DNA of 61,378 nucleotides, filler included, from Blastocystis sp. subtype 4 (Eukaryota): NCBI RefSeq assembly GCF_000743755.1. It is 2 parts of 2 records of this genome, joined end to end, with 100 filler letters (N's around TTAATTAATTAA, not from the genome) between each part and the next. Parts side by side here need not be neighbours in the genome. Positions count along the whole stretch, not along the records: positions 1 to 30,710 come from NW_014569432.1; positions 30,811 to 61,378 come from NW_014569431.1. One strand, 5' to 3'. Shown piece by piece: positions 29,249 to 42,010 of this stretch (position 1 is its first letter; each line of letters starts with the position of its first letter). The notes under the pieces were generated by a model. It saw only the letters and a program-made list of their open reading frames with translations, ran no database searches and was not told where the DNA came from. The position numbers and the translations under genes were made by a program.

Positions 29249-30710
29249 TTAATTGCATGTAGCATATTTAAGTTCAATAGCATTTAACTCACTAATAAAG
29301 AACTCATCTTGCTCTATTCCATTCTTGAACCTCAATTCCTCTGATCTGGCATCACCTGCCAATTCATCAGCTCCTTCGATAGCAGTCTTACCAACAGCAA
29401 CAGTGGTACCTGCAGCAACGACAGCAGCAGTAGTAGCACCTAGGGCAGTATTTGCTAGTGCACCAGCAGCAACAGCAGCAACAGGACAAACAACTATAGC
29501 AGCAGCACCTGCCAGTCCAAGACCAATAGCCCCTGCAATCTTCCATCCCTTTTTCTTTTTTGCTCCTTTTATTTCCTTTTTTTGTTCAGCAAGATCCATT
29601 TCAAACACTGTCACGAGATTCCGGATTATGCTTTTACCATACACGAACAATTCTCCAGGTCCGTATAACTCAGTCTTGATACTGTTCCACGATTGGATAT
29701 TTCTTTGAATTGACGTCGTTGCACTTTCCGATATGAGCACCGCATTACTGACCTTCGTTAAGCATGTGTTAATATCTTCCAACATTTCGCTGGCTTTGAA
29801 TATATTTCCAAGTGTCTTGTTCACATCATCTAGAATGAATACAGTCAATCATATCTACTATTCACTGATTTCGATTTCACCTTCGTAAAGGAACAGGGTA
29901 AATGAACTGTTGTCACATTGGGAATATCTGCAATGAATAGAAGAAGATAATAATACTTGAAAGAGTTAATGAATGAGGATAATAGAAACTCATTCCCTTT
30001 CCACTTGATGAGATTGAAGTAAGACAAGTCAGATCTATGAATGATGAAGAGAATCATCAAAGACTCTTCATTGACAAAGAACATGAATCTTTGTCATCTC
30101 CTTGAAGAGAACAACTTCCCAAACTGATAGATCGAAGACTTCGAAGATCTATTCATGATTGATTGATTGAATCATACTCTCAATGATAGTATTCATTGAG
30201 AATATGAATGAATTATCTCCTAGTTCAATTGATTTCAGTTTAGGAAGATCTGATGATTATTGAATTGAATGAATATGACTCTGAACAATGAAAGATGAAT
30301 AGCTGAAGTTCATTGAAGGCATTCCAATTTCACCAATCTTGATTGTTTCAAGAGAAGGAAGTTGATTCAATTCGAACTTTCCAGCATAATCACTGAAACT
30401 GAAACAACCAATTTCAATTGATTGAAGAGAAGGACATGAAGTGATACTGAAAGACTTTGATGGATCATTTCCCTTTCCTTTCTTTTGAGATGTGAATGAA
30501 TTCTCTCCAATCTGAATAGATTTCAAGAATTCTTTGTCTTTAATAATGAACTGTTTAACAGATGAGAAACACTCATTTCCAATGACAAGTGATTGTAAAT
30601 GAATCAATGAATCAAGACTGAATTGTGTCATTCTAACTCCAATTCCAGATTGAATGATAAGATTTGATACAAGAACATCGATTTCATTCATTTGACTATC
30701 AGTTTTCACA
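29249..30710 (-). CDS. LRR-like solenoid protein with C-terminal helical/hydrophobic-hairpin domain (5' end lost in gap)
   Basis: Repeats LQSLVIGNECF, LKSIQIGENSF, NLPKLKSIELGDNSF; five phase-1 introns (30250-30279, 30149-30177, 30035-30064, 29928-29956, 29830-29858) keep one frame into ORF 29249-29829. Confidence 0.75.
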
Positions 30711-30810
30711 NNNNNNNNNNNNNNNNNNNNNNNNNNNNNNNNNNNNNNNNNNNNTTAATTAATTAANNNNNNNNNNNNNNNNNNNNNNNNNNNNNNNNNN
30801 NNNNNNNNNN
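30711..30810. other. Assembly gap with artificial linker
   Basis: 44 N + TTAATTAATTAA (30755-30766; stops in all six frames) + 44 N. Confidence 0.95.
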
Positions 30811-30903
30811 GAGGAGATCAGACTCAGTACGGGTGGCAACTCCACGAATAGCCACTTTAGAGACAGCGGCGAACTTGGGCGCAGATTTAGCAAGAGCAAA
30901 CAT
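30811..30903 (-). CDS. 5' fragment of aspartate ammonia-lyase/class II fumarase with mitochondrial targeting peptide
   Basis: MFALAKSAPKFAAVSKVAIRGVATRTESDLL; RxExDLL(G) is the aspartase-type start; truncated by the gap. Confidence 0.65.
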
Positions 30904-31219
30904 GCTTATATAGGTTGGATTAACAATAATCTGGCCAACATGACACATCAGAGAAAGGGGAAACGTGGAATCGTGGAAGGAATGAAACATGATGAACGAA
31001 TTGAGTTGATTTGAGACTCGCTCCATGAATAGAAGACTGTATACATGTCAAAAGAATGGATGAAAAAGAAACAGCTTCATCAATGGATTTAGAAGAATAC
31101 GATGTAGATGGATCTAGCTCCTGGTTAGAATACGATAGGAAGAATAGAGAGGTGTAGGGAACGATTTCACTTGAGTGGATGAATTCCCGCGATTCTCGTT
31201 ATCCCTCGTCAACCAAAAA

Positions 31220-33340
31220 ATGATGGGTCGATTTGAAATTTCACTGAAAAGTAATTGTATTCTTCTCCGAAAGACCAATGGTATGTTTGAATAGATGAAA
31301 TGAATTCGAAGATCAGCATGTTCTCTCTTTTACAGAGGAGTCATCCCAATTGAAAGTGAAGGAAATTAATTCCTCAGATGTTATTTTTAATACGGATTAT
31401 TCGTGTGATGGAGTTCTCGGTCTGTACACGTTGTCTGGATGTAAGCCTGTATGATCCTTGTAATAATTAGCAATGTACTTGGAGGTGATTACAGAAAGCA
31501 AGGTTATTGGGAAAGGGTTCTCGGGCCATCCTATCTACCAAGTTCCTATATTCTCGTCTTCTAATTCTATAGGTGAAATCAGTGGAGTTCCTTCAAATCC
31601 CTGGTGGAAAGGACGAGTATGTGAACCTTAAGTATGTTCGCATGCTTCAGAATGTGTTGAAAATAACGAATCTGTACTATTCACTTCATGAAGACCTCAC
31701 CAAACGACTTCAAGGTTGCCTAGAAGGAAGAAGGTGATTTGTAGACAGTTTGTGTGAAGAACTAACAGAGGAGGATCACATCTTCCCAACGACAATGAAC
31801 TCCGCGTTCATGTTCAATTATCCCATTCTCAGTGAATTGGCTCCCTTCCGAACAGTCTTCCCTCGAGATCTCATTCCAATCACCATATTTGGTTTCATGG
31901 AAATTGTTCCTGGCATTACTGTTCATTCCACCACATTCACTCTTACTTTGATCTCACGTCGAAGTATTTATCGTAATGGACGTCGTTTCAATACACGTGG
32001 TGCTGATAGCAATGGTCATGTGGCAAATTATGTTGAAACAGAACAGATTCTCCAAACTGCTTCAGGTCATGTTTATTCACATGCTCAAATTCGTGGTAGT
32101 ATCCCTCTGGAATGGAGTCAAACTCCGTATATGAAGTACACTCCGAGGATTCATATTGGCAATGTAACAAATGAAGAACAACATGATTGATAGGATCGGA
32201 AACGATTGCAAATTCATTTTGAGAGATTAATGCAAGAATATGGCCGTATTATCGTTGTTAACCTGATTGACAAGAAGAAAGACCAATTAATGATTGGAGA
32301 GGAATATGAACGTGCTTGTATGAAATTGTACTGATTTTGAGTGATTTTGAGAATTAGTGTGTCAGATCCATCTAAATTGGATTTCATCTGGTTTGATTTC
32401 CATAGTGAGTGTAAGAAAATGCATTATGAAAATTTGGAGAAACTGGAGAAACTCACGGAAGCTAGTGTAACTGCTGGAGAGTAGGAATCCTCTGTTATAT
32501 GAATGATAGGTTCTTTGAATATGATTTGGAGCAAAAAAAAGTATGTTGCTTACAATCTGCTGTGATTCGTACCAATTGTATTGATTGCTTGGATCGAACA
32601 AATGTTGTTCAAAGTGTATTTGCAAAGAGTATGTTATTCAGAGAATTGTTTGGAGTCCAAGGAGAAGAGATTAAGAAGGAATGTTTGTAAGAGAGAGATT
32701 AGTGTGTAATATATAGTTCATTATCTTCAAAACAGGAATTAGTTCGCATATTTAATAATATGTGGGCAGATAATGCTGATGCAATGTCATTGTTCTACTC
32801 ATCATCACCATCACTAAAGACTGATTATACAAGGTAATTAAAGAAGATTGATATGAAGAATAGAACAGGAAAACGAACTCGAATGGGAGCTGTGAAGGAT
32901 GGGATAAACAGTGTGATTAGATATTTCAATAACAACTTTAATGATGGGTATTTTGAAGATTGTTTGAATCTTACTTTCAATCGAGTGAAAATGAATGAAC
33001 AAACAGATAAATTAACATTGAAAATGAAACGTTATACAATCGTAGGAATGATGAATGATGATGAAATTCAGGATTCCTTCTTCTGTATTGTGTTGGTCCC
33101 TACAACTGCTCTCTGTTATCTTGTATCAAAACTTGTTAGTAAAGGTGGAGATATGATTATTGGAATGATGATTAGACTATGCTTCTAGTACAATGGATAC
33201 TCTATTGTTAGCTTCTTTCTCTTGGATCTTCTATTGGTTTGTTAAGAAAGGATCATCGTTAGGTGAAATCTTTGTGAGTCGAGTAAGTGATATATGTAAT
33301 GAATGAGATACAGTCAATCCTTCCTTTAAAGAATGAATAA
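31220..33340 (+). CDS. SAC1: SAC1-like phosphoinositide phosphatase
   Basis: LISRRSIYRNGRRFNTRGADSNGHVANYVETEQI, QIRGSIPLEWSQ, WFDFHSEC, catalytic RTNCIDCLDRTNVVQ, C-terminal TM helices. Confidence 0.95.
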
Positions 33341-33355
33341 GAGATGACTTGTTTG

Positions 33356-35253
33356 TTAACAAATATGAGAAATCCATCTTCTGAACCATGAGAAACCATT
33401 TGAATTCGCTTTCTTCTCTTCAGCACGCTTTGTCATATCTGGATACTCTACACAATCGGCATACAAATCAAAGAATAAAGGTTTGCATGTAGCACAATGC
33501 ATTGAGACAGGAATTGGAGTCACAGCATATTTGCCATGAGGATTAAATATCACTGGACGTGTCAAATCCTCGCTCAGATAATGATTCTCATTTACTCCAG
33601 ATGTCTTCTCTGTCTGTTCCAGAAGTGCTTCTGCTTTGATACGACTACTAAGAACATCCACATCTGTTTGCAAGTCACTATTCAGTGTCAAAGCTACATA
33701 AGGCTGTTCATCTGCATCAAAGAGAGTTGCTTGGACCTTATTGGCCTCCAATTCTTCTAGAATTTGCTGTGCAAAGATACAAAGCGTGTTTGCATAATCA
33801 AACTTCTTATTCATCAGATAACTCTCAGCAGCGAACACAGCTCGAACAGCACGATATTGGAGATGAAGTGAATCAATGCTCATCGCCAAAGCTTCAGTCT
33901 TCTGCTTCTCCGCCTCAGTTTCACCCAGAGGGAGTGCATTATTCAGTTGATTTAATTCTTCGAGAGTATCGATCACATTACTGGCTCTAATTATGAATCA
34001 TCTCACACAACTCGACAAGGCAATCACATTGTTTGAATTAACTGCTCCTCCTTCTTTCCGTTCATTCAAATAACTACGAAGAAGCAAGACATTACGTTCA
34101 ACAGAGCGACGCTGTTTGAAGAATTTTTCAAGTAAGAACAATAGATTTATCTCCGTAAGTCGAATACCACCATTACTCTTTGTTAACTTATCCTTCTCAG
34201 CACTTAAATGGCGCAGACAACGATCATATGCATCAAAAACTGAAGCAAAACCACTCAATACACGCTCCTCTTCCTTACTATCCAACTGAAGCAAAGTCTG
34301 TTCAGCATCACGACAGGCAAGAAGACTCAGACGAATCTCATTGTTTTCAATTGTTATGAAACGTCCACGACAGTTGATAACACGCATTTCCTCGCTATTC
34401 ATCATATGATCCTTCTGAAGCATTTCTGTCAGCTTGGCATTCAGGGTCTCTGACATGGCATCTACTAATCAGGTTCTTCTGCCACACTTACCTGAAGAAG
34501 TGATCATACGCAGCAGAGCGTCGGCATTCTTTCCTTCTTGCTTCTTCAGGTTATATTCACAATAACGAAGAATAGGAGCTAGCTCCGAGAGACGGCCTGA
34601 GAACAAGTCACGATTCGCTGAGGATCCAATATGACTCAGCGAATCAAAGATCTTCTGTGTGCGGAGGAACATCTCCAATGCCCCTTTCTATTCACTCATT
34701 CCTCCTTTCAACTCCTACCCAATCTGCGAGTTCCATTCTCTCATTTCCCTTCATGAAGTAATAATATGCATCACTCTCCAAAGCCGTTCGATCATCAGCA
34801 AGTTGATGACACAGATTCATGAGTGTTTCAGCCCAGCTACAAGCCTTCTTCATGCGGCTAACAAGATGATAGCGAATCCGGAGATTTCTTGTTTCATTCA
34901 TTTCCTCCTTCAGTTCATTTGCATAGGCCCATGCTCTTTCTGCATTCAAAAGAGGATAAAAGAGGGATTCTGCATCAATAACGTTGGAAACAGAAAAGGA
35001 CATCTTCTGATAAAACTTCCCTCGCTTATTCAGGAAGCCAATTCTCTTGCGTATTCTCTGAATCTTTACAGAACAGAAACGACGATAACGCTGGTAGTCG
35101 CTTTGACGCATTCCATTTTGTAACTGCCAAGACTTCACACATTGAAATACTATGAAATAATTTCCATTTTAATTAAGACTCACCTGAGATCGAATACTGA
35201 CGATTCTTTACAATTTCGGATTGATTCTCAACCTCCATCGACTCTTGCGACAT
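33356..35253 (-). CDS. SRP68: Signal recognition particle subunit SRP68
   Basis: QLQNGMRQSDYQRYRRFCS, LLNAERAWAYANELK, RYCEYNL, CKPLFFDL; probable poly(A)-made stop at 33370. Confidence 0.93.
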
Positions 35254-35439
35254 TCCAATGTACTTCTACTATTCGAGAGGTTTTCTTTGATATGAATCGA
35301 GCGAATGATGTAGAATGCGATGATCACGGTTTTTCAAAATTCTTTGCAGAATCATGTTGAATAGCCTTATTTCGCTTGCAATCAATAGATTGAGTACAGT
35401 ATTGCTTGTATTGAGGTTACTCATCTGCTAGATACCAAG

Positions 35440-35556
35440 ATGGAGAATTTGGATAAGCAGCTTGTGTTTTACGTGAATGTCGTTGGGATCACCTTATTTG
35501 TGCTCATCATGTGCTATTTCTTCATCACAACAAAGCCAAAGGATGCTGTGGATTAA
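35440..35556 (+). CDS. OST4: Oligosaccharyltransferase subunit 4 (38 aa; absent from ORF track)
   Basis: MENLDKQLVFYVNVVGITLFVLIMCYFFITTKPKDAVD matches the OST4 DxQL...NxxGxxL single-TM pattern. Confidence 0.82.
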   Translation: MENLDKQLVFYVNVVGITLFVLIMCYFFITTKPKDAVD

Positions 35557-35671
35557 TTGTTAACTGTGTGTAGATTACCTTTATATTCTGGTTTGTTACA
35601 AACAGATTTGATTCATCTAGTTGGAAAGAATTCCTTATAAACAGTTTCATTGACATCCATTAATGTACAGA

Positions 35672-37650
35672 TTAATAACTTTTTCGTTTTCTTGGAGTTG
35701 GGATGATACCTGAATTCTGTGGTAGTGTGATTTTCATGACTGTTGGACGACCATGTGCGCAAACCAAAGGGAGTTGGCATTGAAATAGACCTTTTCCAAT
35801 GGATAATGCTGTGTCATCGTCTAATGGTGTATTGAACTTGACTGCATTCTTGCAAGCCTATGACTTGGCACCATATTCTTGTTCCTACACGTTGTGCTAA
35901 GAGTCGGCGAATTCCTGGTGGAGGATAAAGACGATACTCTGCTTGTTTCGGTTGGATATCGATGATGTTGTTGATATATTCTACAAAATCATCTTTCGTT
36001 GTTGCAAATCCATCAATTGAAGGAACTGTCTGGAGATGATATCCTCTTTCAACCAGTACTTCGATTTGTAGTTGTTTGATTCCATTTATTGAGATATGGT
36101 ATCCCCAGTATTCTAGAAGTTCTTTTAATCTCCAGGCTGTCTGACATTGGGTTGCTGTAAGTTTGCATTCCTTTTTCTTCACAGCAGTAGTCTGGATCAC
36201 CAAGTGTGGGTCTTCCGCAAGTTGTTGAAGGTAGCTATCAAGGTTGATGCGTTCATGAGCAGCATGCTGAGTTTCAACTTGCATTCATCAATTACCTGAT
36301 CAATCAGGAACAATAAGTCATCTTTCTCAAACAGTAAGAAGCTGTCAAATGCTTGGCCACGATATTCGGATCCTCGTAGTACTTCAATAGCAGAGATCGA
36401 TTCCAGGTTCATTCCTCCTGACGATTCCAGATTCTCTGGACGAATCTGCTTCGATCGCTTGGAAGGTGTCTTGATGGGTGATTGGAATGAACATCGAGAA
36501 TCGCTCCTCAGGGACTCTTGAATCTTCTGGAGTGATTCTTGAGTGAGCTGTGCTTGGGATGTGAGTTGAGTGATGTCAGTAAAAGAAGCATCAATGGTCT
36601 CAACAAGACTCATATCGAAATGAAGAAACAGAATGCAAAGAGGAGTTCTAGGGATAAAAGATACCGGAAATAGCAACTGAAGGGTATATTGATGAGAAGT
36701 GAGTGGTTCCTGAGGAATGAGAAACTGTCTCCAAAGCGTCTGGATATCATTTAGAAGAGGAAAAGAATCTGTAGTCAGTGGATAGGAGTTTAGATAAACG
36801 AATAGAGAAGACTGATTTGTTTTGGTGATCATGTGTGAATCTATATGTGATGTGGCAATAAATATTACAGGGAGATGATAGTACGATAGAAGCATATTGG
36901 GAGAGTCTCAGTTTGAGTAAGGAAGCTCCTTCAGGCAGATGTTCTAAAATAGCATTGTCGGAATCTGTAACTGCTCGCAGTGTGAGGATAACCTCACTGC
37001 TATTGCTGTCAACTCTAGATTGGATCCTTCTATCACAAGTACATTTCGTATCGACAGCGTGGATGAATGATTTGATATTGTTCACACAATTCTCCTAAGA
37101 AGGACTTCCAACGACCTTTGGATCGAGTAATCGAGTTTGATCAAGGAATAACAGATACAGTAGATAAGGATATGCGAACAGGGGAATAGCCAAAAGAAGA
37201 ATAAGACCCAATCCATGTCGTCATTCCTGTCCAACTCGATCCCTCCATTTTCTCTGTTTCCCATTTCCCTCTTGTAATGATCTACAGGTTATACTACGAA
37301 TAAACAAACACATGCTCGCTTCTCTGCTTTTGAGAGAATTGAACAATTCGAATGGAGACCACATATGAAAGTGATAGATAGATCTCTCTCATTTCATCTG
37401 ATATTTCACCATAATCCTCTTCAATAGATATTTCGTCTTGATTTACACCAACGCATACTTGGACTACAGTTGTTTTTCTTTGAATCGCAAGATAGAGGAC
37501 TAATACTTCAGATGATGAGATTAAAAGCAACATGTATTGATGATGGTTGTATTGATGCCGTAAATATACTCGCTCCGTATACCATTGATTGTAGTTTGAC
37601 TTAGTTTCTCCAGCATCAGTGAAATAAGTATCCCTTATCTTTCCCTCCAT
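35672..37650 (-). CDS. MLH3: MutL homologue MLH3
   Basis: Spliced IDQHAAHERINLD endonuclease motif, ACKNAVKFN and CQLPLVCAHGRPT are MLH3-type; N-terminus divergent. Confidence 0.85.
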
Positions 37651-37987
37651 CTGCCATTGTTTGTTAACTATTAGCGTTTTTAACTCTATATTCTATTTTT
37701 TATGATTAACTGGATAGAAAGAGAGGAATAGTGCCATGCTCCTCCCGCTTATTCCTTTTGTCTTTTTTAGACATATGACCATGAAAGCAACCAATCTTGT
37801 TCTCAAGATCCCAAAAATGTTCACATGCGACCGTTTCATTATCTATCAATAAACCAATCAAATCTGGCTTGTTGCTTCACTTATCATTGTGACAGATTAT
37901 CATAATCCTCATTATTTTTTTGTTGAGGGTTGGTCTTTTATTCCTCCTAGTGTCTGGAGTTGGTTTGATGGAGTTCTATCATTCTAG

Positions 37988-39135
37988 ATGAATAACTGTC
38001 TATCAGAAGTTCTTGGTGAGACACCGATCTCTTCAAGCTCATTATCAACGGAGATTTCGACATTGGATGATCATGGACAGGTTCAGTTTTCTTCTATTGC
38101 TCTACCATCGTTTCCAATAGTGGCTGATACCAATGCAGTTGATAGTCACGAGAGTTTCTATAACCCTAATGCTGATGAGTATTCTCTTCAGTTTCATTCT
38201 CAGACGGATGATTCATGTCCTGTAACCCATATGTCTTCTGATTCTACTTTGCCACCTATGGAGATTTCAACTCCAGAATCGAGGTAGCCAATTTGCATTT
38301 CATTGAGTTTAGCTCAAGTAGAGACACTAATTCTTTCGCTCTGATTAGTGAACAATCTGATGACTACTTTTCTCTTCCTTTGGACCAGGATGATCTTCCA
38401 AACACAAGAGGCCCTACTTTCTTCCCTCCTTATAACCTTACTGTACCAGATGGGGGTTCCCAAGTGAATCACTCCTTGATGGCTGAGTATCCCATCGAGC
38501 AATATAGCCCTAGGAATCATGTGACGTCAGTGGATTCGGATAGTCAACCGATTGATATGTTCTTATCATTACCATCTCTCGATGAGGGTTCAAACCTCTC
38601 AGACCTTCGTTTATTTCCTTATGCATCTAGTCTTTTTGAGCCTACCGGCGTCCATTATGTGCAACGAAGATTTAGTGAATGCGGAGAACTTTGCCGCTCG
38701 CGTCTTAAGGACACAAAACACTCTTTTAATCGATGTCTTTCTACCAGTAAACTCCAACGTATCCGTAAGATGCCCATTCGTCATGACTTGGCTTTTGGAG
38801 ATGTCTACCCTTGTGAAAGTGACCAAGAGTGCTTCTTTATTTTTTCTAAGCGACGTGCCGATTTGATCTCTGGGACTGAATTATCTGGCTCAGAACAATA
38901 GTTCATGACTATTTCTTCGTGTGGATATATTTATTTGTTTATTGCTCGTGCCATTTGTTTTTTGGATATATGTTTCTTAAGATGTCCTGTCATAAATCAC
39001 CTTATCTATGAAGTTCAAATGTATGTAGAGCTATCACTACTCTCTCATCGTGTTTCCAGATATCATGATTTCATCATACAGGATGTGGATAGTGAGATGT
39101 TACCCTTTATACAATGCTAAGAATGCTAAATAACC
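37988..39135 (+). CDS. Hypothetical Ser/Asp-rich protein (may be the 5' part of the following chromatin gene)
   Basis: Consecutive ORFs 37988-38287, 38293-38901 and 38905-39120 separated by intron-like gaps. Confidence 0.45.
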
Positions 39136-39216
39136 GCGATTCCTACATACAATCAGGGTTGTTTAATCATGTCACTTTTGTTTCTGAACCGATTTCTTTT
39201 TTTCTGCCAATAAGTA

Positions 39217-41541
39217 ATGAGATTAGTCTCGGTGAAAGATCAATCGGCAGAACCTCCACCAAAGAAGAAAGTTCGTGTGACTGAGGGCGAAGGAGAGTAG
39301 GTAGTAGATGATATCTATTTTGTTTGGTTATGCTTTCTGGTTTTGGGTGTTGATTTGGGTGTGTTGTTGTGAACTATCTGTGACTGTTTTTAGTTTCCCA
39401 CATCATGAGAGTCGTGTCGGCTCATTGTACAATGCCGTAGTACCACCGTTTAATCAAGAGGTAGCTAATGGGGCGACTGTCTATGACAAGGACGTGATTC
39501 CATATGGTGGTTTTGGTTTACTTGTTTTATCAATAGATACAGTATTCGAACCAACTGAAATTGAGGAAGAATTAGTTAATAATTACATAAAGCAGGGTCG
39601 TGAGTTAGTAGCTCGAAATGATGACTTCCTTTTGCAAGTCTTATATGAATCTGATTTTGACACTACAAAAGCGTTGCGAACTTTGAAACGAGTTTTCCCC
39701 TCTTTTCTCTCTCATAACAAGGTTGCTCTAAATGCTCCTCATCCGTTGTTCCAAAAGGGTCGTCTTCCATATTACTGTTCTTGCTTTTGTCATACTTGTA
39801 TGTCTTTTGTTTCATATTGAGTCTAGTTACTCAGTATCGCCAAAACTGTTATCGCAGTTATTTCAAGCGTTCGTGGGGTTTAAAACAATTAGCAAAGTTG
39901 AATGGTATGGAAATTAGGAGGTTCTAAGAGATAGTGAATATGGAGAAAGTTCAAGAATTGTTGGAAGATGCTTCGCAACAAGTACACTGTTTATAATCAT
40001 TTCATTATTTGCAGGAAGTGTGTTATATTTGTGGCGATGGAGGCGAATTGATTTTGTGTGATGGAGGTTGTAACCGAGCCTATCATCTGGAATGTCTGGA
40101 ATTGAAATCGATTCCCCAAGATGACAAATGGTTGTGTCCATACTGTGAGTTGAAAAAGCAACATGCTTCGGATCCTCCAGTGACGTATGTTGATGCTACT
40201 GAGGAGAACGATGAGGATGAAGAGAAGGATGAAGAGGAGGAGCAAGACGAAGACTACGGAGCGAAAAAGAAGGTGAAACGTCGTAGTCAGAAGAAGACAA
40301 AGAAGACAAAAGCAAAAGAACCTCGAAAAGAGTCTGTACCAGTTGAAGGATCGGATCATCCTGAGTTGACCGATCGGGAACAAGAATCAAATGAAGAACC
40401 AGAGATAGAACAACCAGAAACTCAAGCACCAGTAGATTCTGATGAGTCAGTCCATGAAGAAGATGTTCGTGAGGAGGAGGAAGAGGATCCATCTGCTGTC
40501 ATTAAAGCCCTTGCAAGTTCTCGATATCGTCATACTCGCTATGATGAAGATGAGCCTTATCTTCAGCACCCTTCCAAAACACGAAAGCGTCGTTCACCGG
40601 AAGTCACAACATCTACGTCACATGCATCTCGTGAGCCATTTATCTGTCCTGTTATTGGATGTGATTGTATTAGTGAGAATCGAACATCAATGCTGTCTCA
40701 TGCGTATAGATTGAAGATTAGTCTAATCTGTAGACGTGCATATCATCCTGATATGTACCCTGACATTGCTCGTAGTATCGGATGTAATTTGTGAGTCTTG
40801 AAACGGGTTATTAGAACTAGTTCCATGCAGCTTCCAGATCACAGCATTGAGCGTCACGAACTTACGTTCCAATGTCCTGAAAAGTGTACCTCGACCATCT
40901 ACAAGAACTTTTCCTCCTTTGACCGTCATCTTTGTCGTCTTCATGACGGTGTTACCATCTGTCATTACGATTGGCATTCATTTATTAAGTCAGAGACTGT
41001 GAAGGTGATATCGGAAGCAGATTTCATCTCGAAGAAGAAGGGTCAATTTGTGAAAGTGGTAGCCAAACCACGTAACGAGATAGCTTTGACCTGGGGTACC
41101 AATATGAAAGCACAGCGGATTATCAAACGAGAAGAGGACACGGAAATGGCAAAGTCTTATAAGGTTCATACACGGAAATGGTTGATTGAAAAGAGAAAAA
41201 GAGAAGCCAAAAGGAATGGAGAGAAGGATGAATCGTTCGTGTTGTCTCCTCGGATTGGAGAGCGAGCACGTAGAAAGGAAGTACGGGATAAGTGTATGAA
41301 GATTCAACAGGAGACAAGTGAACCGTTGGAGAATGATAACGATCTTGGCGAAGAGGAGAACCGAAATATAATCAAAGAGGCGGATAACGAAGAGGCTAAG
41401 AATAATTCCCAAAAGACGCAAGAGGTTAAGCAGGAAGTGTTACTACCCGAACAAATTGAGTCTCATGAAATTGAAAACGAAGTTCCTAAAACCGAACAAG
41501 TAGCTGATGTTATCAAACAAGAAACTATTGTATCGGAATAA
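39217..41541 (+). CDS. ELM2-like + PHD finger + C2H2-like chromatin regulator
   Basis: [24 protein letters not shown] (ELM2-like); [29 protein letters not shown]...[14 protein letters not shown] and FQCPEKC...HLCRLH. Confidence 0.75.
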
Positions 41542-41578
41542 CCGTATGTAATAACAAACATCTGATTGTTCTAAACAA

Positions 41579-41869
41579 CTATTTCTTGGGAAGTTCAGGG
41601 ATTACAGCTTGATATCTATGTTTCATTTCACAATCAGTTATACTGTTCGCCAACTCGTATTTTCGTATTTCGAGAAGTCAAATATTGCTTCTTCGGTTCA
41701 CAATGCCGATAGATTTTATCTTCCATCTTATTAGTATCATCATTCCCAACTGTAGCGTCTCTATCCATCAATATTATAGAAAAGACAGAACGATCTCTTG
41801 TAAGGACGAGTATCTATGATTTAACGAATCCCATCCTTCCACACCTTCGAGACCGAAGAATGTCTGCAT
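41579..41869 (-). CDS. 66-aa microprotein ending in an isolated ELM2 motif
   Basis: Three GT-AG introns of ~28-32 nt give MQTFFGLEDTRPYKRSDATVGNDDTNKMEDKIYRHCEPKKQYLTSRNTKIRVGEQYQAVIPELPKK*; TGTTTGTT at 41553-41560 (minus). Confidence 0.65.
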
Positions 41870-42010
41870 TGAAATAAAGAGACAGTAGTCTACTATACAA
41901 CAAATAGACCCTATTATGACCAATTAGGATCCTTTTTTTATCATTCGCTATTATCGTAACTCAGTTAGCAACTAGAGAGTATTGTTTGTTAAATCCAACA
42001 CTAATATATG

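Noticed and set aside
30755..30766. TTAATTAATTAA palindrome (piggyBac-like TTAA target or regulatory site)
   Set aside because: Centred in a symmetric 100-nt N gap; an assembly linker, so adjacency of the flanking genes is not evidence of anything
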